NCBI GenBank assembly: GCA_963725865.1
Contig: CAVSAC010000008.1
Span: 1-47,281 of the forward strand
Reading direction: 5' to 3'
DNA from: Candidatus Eiseniibacteriota bacterium
GTDB taxonomy: Bacteria > Eisenbacteria > RBG-16-71-46
DNA: 47,281 nt
Shown: one piece after another, positions 43,651-47,281 of the stretch
Numbering within the stretch: the first letter of the stretch is position 1
How the letters are laid out: each line of letters begins with the position of its first letter
Made by a program: the position numbers and the translations under genes
The notes under the pieces: model-generated
Seen by the model: only the letters and a program-made list of their open reading frames with translations
What the model was told of the DNA's origin: nothing
Databases searched by the model: none

Positions 43651-44455
43651 GCGTCCCTCCATGCCGGCGCGCGGCGGGCGAGGAACGCCTCGATGCCCTC
43701 GTTGCCGTCGTGGCTCGGCAGCAGGCGCTCGAGGTAGCGCCGCTCGGCGGCATCGAGCGGCGCGCCGAGGCCGCGAGCAGCCCGGAGCCCGTGGCGCGCC
43801 GGCGCGCGTCGCCTCGCGCAGCGCGAACGCCGACAGCGGCGCCAGGTCGCGCGGTACCACGCCAACAGCTCCGCGCTCGGGGTCGGTGCCGTCCGCGAAC
43901 ACCGCGCTCACCAGGGCGCACCGCGCCGCCGCGGTCGGCGTCGAGCTCGTCGCCGGTCAGCACCAGGCGCTCGGCCAGCGCGCCGCCGAGGCGGCAGCGC
44001 GCCGAGCGCGGCGAGCACCGGCGGGAAGACGCCGAGCTTGATCTCGGGGCAGCCGAAGCGCGCGTCGGAGCGTCGCGAACACGAGGTGGCACGCGAGCAC
44101 CAGCTCGAACGCGCCGCCGAGGCAGCGCCCCTCGACCAGCGCCGCGACCGGCACCGGATAGCTGGCGACGGCGGCGGATGCAGGCGTGGAACTCGGCGAG
44201 CATCGCCGGAGCGTGCTCGGGCAGGTGCTCCGCGACCGAGGCGCCGAAGGAGAAGTGCCCGCCCGCGCCGCGCACCATGACGAGCTTGAGGTGCGGCTGA
44301 TCGCGATGGGCCGCGAGCGCGGCGCCGAGCTCGGCCATCATCACCATCGAGAGCACGTTGCCCTTGGGCTGGTCGAGCACGATGCGCAGCACGGCACCGT
44401 CCTCGAGGAGGTCGGCGCGCAGCCTGGGGGCGGCCGCGGCGGGGGAGGGGCTCAT
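43647..44455 (-). CDS. dch: Cyclohexa-1,5-diene-1-carbonyl-CoA hydratase, frameshifted
   Basis: LDQPKGNVL; HFSFGASVAEHLP; GRCLGGAFEL; ERRYLERLLPSHDGNEGIEAFL; position in the bcr cluster. Confidence 0.85.
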
Positions 44456-45596
44456 CGCGCGCTCCTCATGGGTCCATCCGCTCGCGCGCCGAGCGCGCGC
44501 ACGACGCGCCGCACCAGCGTGTCGTCGAAGAGCGCGCCCTCGGCGAGGCGCTTGCGGAGCTCGACGAAGTCGATCTCGCGCTCGGTCCGGTCGCCGAAGT
44601 GGAACGCGGGGAAGCCGGCCGCGGCCTCGGTGTTCATGTTGAGCGACAGCCACGAGCGGTTGGTCTCGCTGTTCTGCGTACCAGTGCTCGAGCTTCTTCT
44701 TGCGCAGGCTCTCGAGCGTCTTCCGCGTGCAGTCGGGGAACGTGTAGAGCAGCTTGGTCGCGAGGCGCTCGACCGCCTCGTCGAGCAGCGCGAGGTCGAC
44801 CGTGCACCCTGCGGCGCGCGGCCTTGGCGGCCGTCGCGTCGCGGCGCCCGTCTTCCACTCGCCGAAGACGATGCGTCCCATCTCGTCGATGTAGCGATCG
44901 GTGACGACGAACGGGTTCGGGATGAACTTGCCCGTCGGCGCTGCTTGTGCACCGGCACGATCTCGTTGAGCAGCCCGAGGCGCATGCGCCTTGTGCGCCG
45001 ACCACGGCTCGCACAGCACGAGCGACTCCGCGGCCGTGCGCGAAGCCGACGTAGAGGTGGAGGAAGTCGGTCGAGCCGCCGTCCGGCGCCGAGCCGTGGA
45101 CCGGGCCCGGCCTGGCCGAAGCGCGCGTGGTCGCCGGCGACCGAGAAGTCGCACGCCATGCCGATCTCCTGCCCGCCGCCGATGCGCATGCCGTTGACGC
45201 GGCAGATGACCGGCTTGTCGCAGAGCAGGATGTTCGTGACCATGTCGTTGAACAGCCGCATGTACTGCAGGTACTCGAGCGGCCGGTTCGCGTAGTAGGT
45301 CGCGTACTCGTCGGTGTTGCCGCCGGTGCAGAAGGCGCGTGTCGCCGACCGCGGTGAAGCACGACGCACGACCGCGCGCCGATCGGCGCTGGCGCGGCGG
45401 AAGGCCGAGGATCACGTCCTTGACCGCGTCGGTCGTGTACGAGTTGAGCTGCTTCTCGTTGTCGAGCGCAGATCCACGACCTGGTGCAGCCCGTCGACCG
45501 GCTTGCCGTCGCGGCCGAGGACCGGGCGCGTCCTCGTAGCGGATGTGGCGGAACTCGTAGCTCCGGGACGAGGTCGTGGTTCTTGAGCGCGATCAT
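44452..45596 (-). CDS. oah: 6-oxocyclohex-1-ene-1-carbonyl-CoA hydrolase, frameshifted
   Basis: LKNHDL; AFCTGGNTDEYATYY; YMRLFNDMV; DKPVICRVNGMRIGGGQEIGMACDF; HGSAPDGGSTDFL. Confidence 0.92.
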
Positions 45597-45624
45597 GCGA
45601 GTGGTCTCGTGCTCGGTCGCTTGC

Positions 45625-46712
45625 TCAAGCGCGCGGGATCGAGGATCACGACGGCGCTGCGAGCCGGTGGTGCGGCGAGCGCCGTCGAGGAGCTCGTTGA
45701 TGCGCGACATCGGCGCGCGCTCGACGAACGGCTCGAGCACGACCTTGCCGTCGTAGATGAGGCGCAGCACCTCCGGGTACGCCTCGGGCGGGCAGCCCCA
45801 GGTGCCGTGCACGGTCGCGTCGAACGCCATCAGGTTCGAGAGGCGCACGCTCGACGGTCTCGCGCGTGTAGCCGACCTGGACCAGCGTCGCGCCGCGCGA
45901 CCGAGCAGCGCGTACGCGAGGCGTCTGGCCCGTCGGTCGTGCCGCTGCACTCGAAGATGCGCGTACGCCAGCGACGGCATGCCCCACTCCTTCGCGCTAG
46001 CGCGTGGACCTCCTTGCGCACGTCCTTCGGCTTCGCGCCCGCGTCACGTCGCACGCGTGTCGATGCCGGCGCCGTAGCCCCGAGCCGAGCCGAGTCGCGC
46101 CGGCTGCACGTCGCACGACGACGACGCGGGCGCCGAGCGCGCGGGCGATCTGGGTGGCGAAGCCGCCGACGCCGCCGGCGCCGACGACGAACGCGACGTC
46201 GCCGGCGCGCGAGCCCGGCGCGGCGCATCGCCTGGTACGCCGTCGAGACCGCGTCGGCGACGACCGACAGCGCGCGCGCGTCCACGCTCGCCGGGCAGCG
46301 TCGTCGAGCGGCACCAGCGGCGCCGCCGGGCACGACCAGGTGCGTCGCGAAGCCGCCGTCGATGTCGTTGCCCGGCATCTTCTGCTCGGGGCACGCGTTG
46401 CCGCGGCCGGCGCGGCAGAACGCGCAGTCGCCGCACGGCATCACCGCCGGGCACGAGCACCCGCGTGCCGGGCGAGCGCGCGACGCCGTCGCCGGCCGCG
46501 ACGACGGTGCCGACGATCTCGTGACCGAGCACGAGCGGCAGCGCGTGCTTCGGCGCGACCGAGCCGTCGGCGAAGCCGAGGTCGGTGTGGCAGAGGCCGC
46601 AGGCGTCGACCTCGACGACGGCCTGGCCAGGCCCGGGCGGGGACAACGCGAGCGCGCGCGCCGTGAGTGGTGTGGCGGGTGCGTCGAGGAAGTACGCCAC
46701 CGGATCGCTCAT
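45625..46712 (-). CDS. had: 6-hydroxycyclohex-1-ene-1-carbonyl-CoA dehydrogenase (Zn-dependent), frameshifted
   Basis: [73 protein letters not shown]. Confidence 0.92.
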
Positions 46713-46762
46713 ACGCGGACCTCTAGGCGACTGGGAAGCTGGGGGGCGTCCCGACGCTCGGA

Positions 46763-46791
46763 ACATTAACGAACGAGCGTTCGTTGGTCAA
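46763..46791 (-). promoter_or_regulatory. Sigma70-type promoter of the had-oah-dch-tetR-bcr operon with an operator in the spacer
   Basis: Minus strand TTGACC-N17-TAATGT; the spacer is the palindrome AACGAACG-ag-CGTTCGTT (46768-46785). Confidence 0.85.
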
Positions 46792-47064
46792 CGACTGAAG
46801 CGATGGGGTGGGCGGGCGCCCGGGGCGGGCCCGGGTGGACGGACGGGGGGCGGGCGGGTGGGACCGGCCCGGGGTCAGCGCCGCTTGAGCGGGGTGGTCC
46901 CATCGAGGGTCAGCGAGATCGTGGCGGGCGCCGGTATGCCGGACCCGGTCGAGGCCAGGATGCGCTCGCCCCGCCGGCGGCGAACGTGACCAGACCGGAC
47001 CGATGGAACAGCACCAGGGGCTTGCCGACGCGCAGCACCGGGGCGGCGGCCACGGTCCGCGGCG

Positions 47065-47281
47065 TCAGTCGGCTCCGACCGGCGCCGCCCCAGCGGCGGA
47101 CCTCCAGGCGAACGCGGCGGCGAGGCCGAGCAGGGTGTCCCGGCCCGAGCGGTGGCCGATGTCCACCAGCCGGGCCAGCGCCCCCGTGAGCCCGGGATCG
47201 TCCGCAGGCCGCCCGACGGCCGCGAGCACGTCGAGCACCGGTTCGGCGTCAGCCCGAGCCTCAACCAGGTGGACGACGCGC
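47065..47281 (-). CDS. C-terminus of a DUF2877-like protein, partial; starts beyond the right edge
   Basis: Manual translation ...ALARLVDIGHRSGRDTLLGLAAAF...AD*, resembling the GHxSGxD motif. Confidence 0.55.
   Translation of the reverse strand, partial: RVVHLVEARADAEPVLDVLAAVGRPADDPGLTGALARLVDIGHRSGRDTLLGLAAAFAWRSAAGAAPVGAD

Noticed and set aside
46875..47064. Possible short gene between the DUF2877-like gene and the had promoter
   Set aside because: No recognisable motif or start, and the region is error-prone

Overview
High-GC bacterial DNA that looks like a long-read metagenomic contig. Bases ~3535-47281 have the style of one genome; three proteins with FlgD/T9SS-like C-terminal sorting domains suggest an FCB-superphylum organism such as Ca. 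Eisenbacteria (inference). The first ~3.5 kb is lower in GC and consists of two apparently foreign pieces joined mid-gene at ~480 and ~3535: a discoidin-domain gene fragment and two GT4 glycosyltransferases. Main content, left to right: (1) an NrfD/HybB membrane subunit, a Cys-rich GcvH-like protein lacking the lipoyl Lys, a heme-c sensor kinase, a sigma54 response regulator and an archaemetzincin; (2) a MacAB/LolCDE-type ABC exporter; (3) secreted proteins (3xLamG-Fn3-metallophosphoesterase, glutathione peroxidase between ~120-bp direct repeats, PepF, ACE-like M2 peptidase); (4) a solo HNH endonuclease gene containing four covarying 22-bp palindromes; (5) a radical SAM/deacetylase pair, thiolase, LeuA-like synthase and SDR; (6) a Thauera-type anaerobic benzoyl-CoA cluster had-oah-dch-tetR-bcrCBAD, with a PaaR-like operator in its promoter and a second identical operator before the SDR gene. 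Many frameshifts, dense after ~38.4 kb, are most likely sequencing indels, so gene boundaries there are approximate. No rRNA, tRNA or CRISPR array was recognised.
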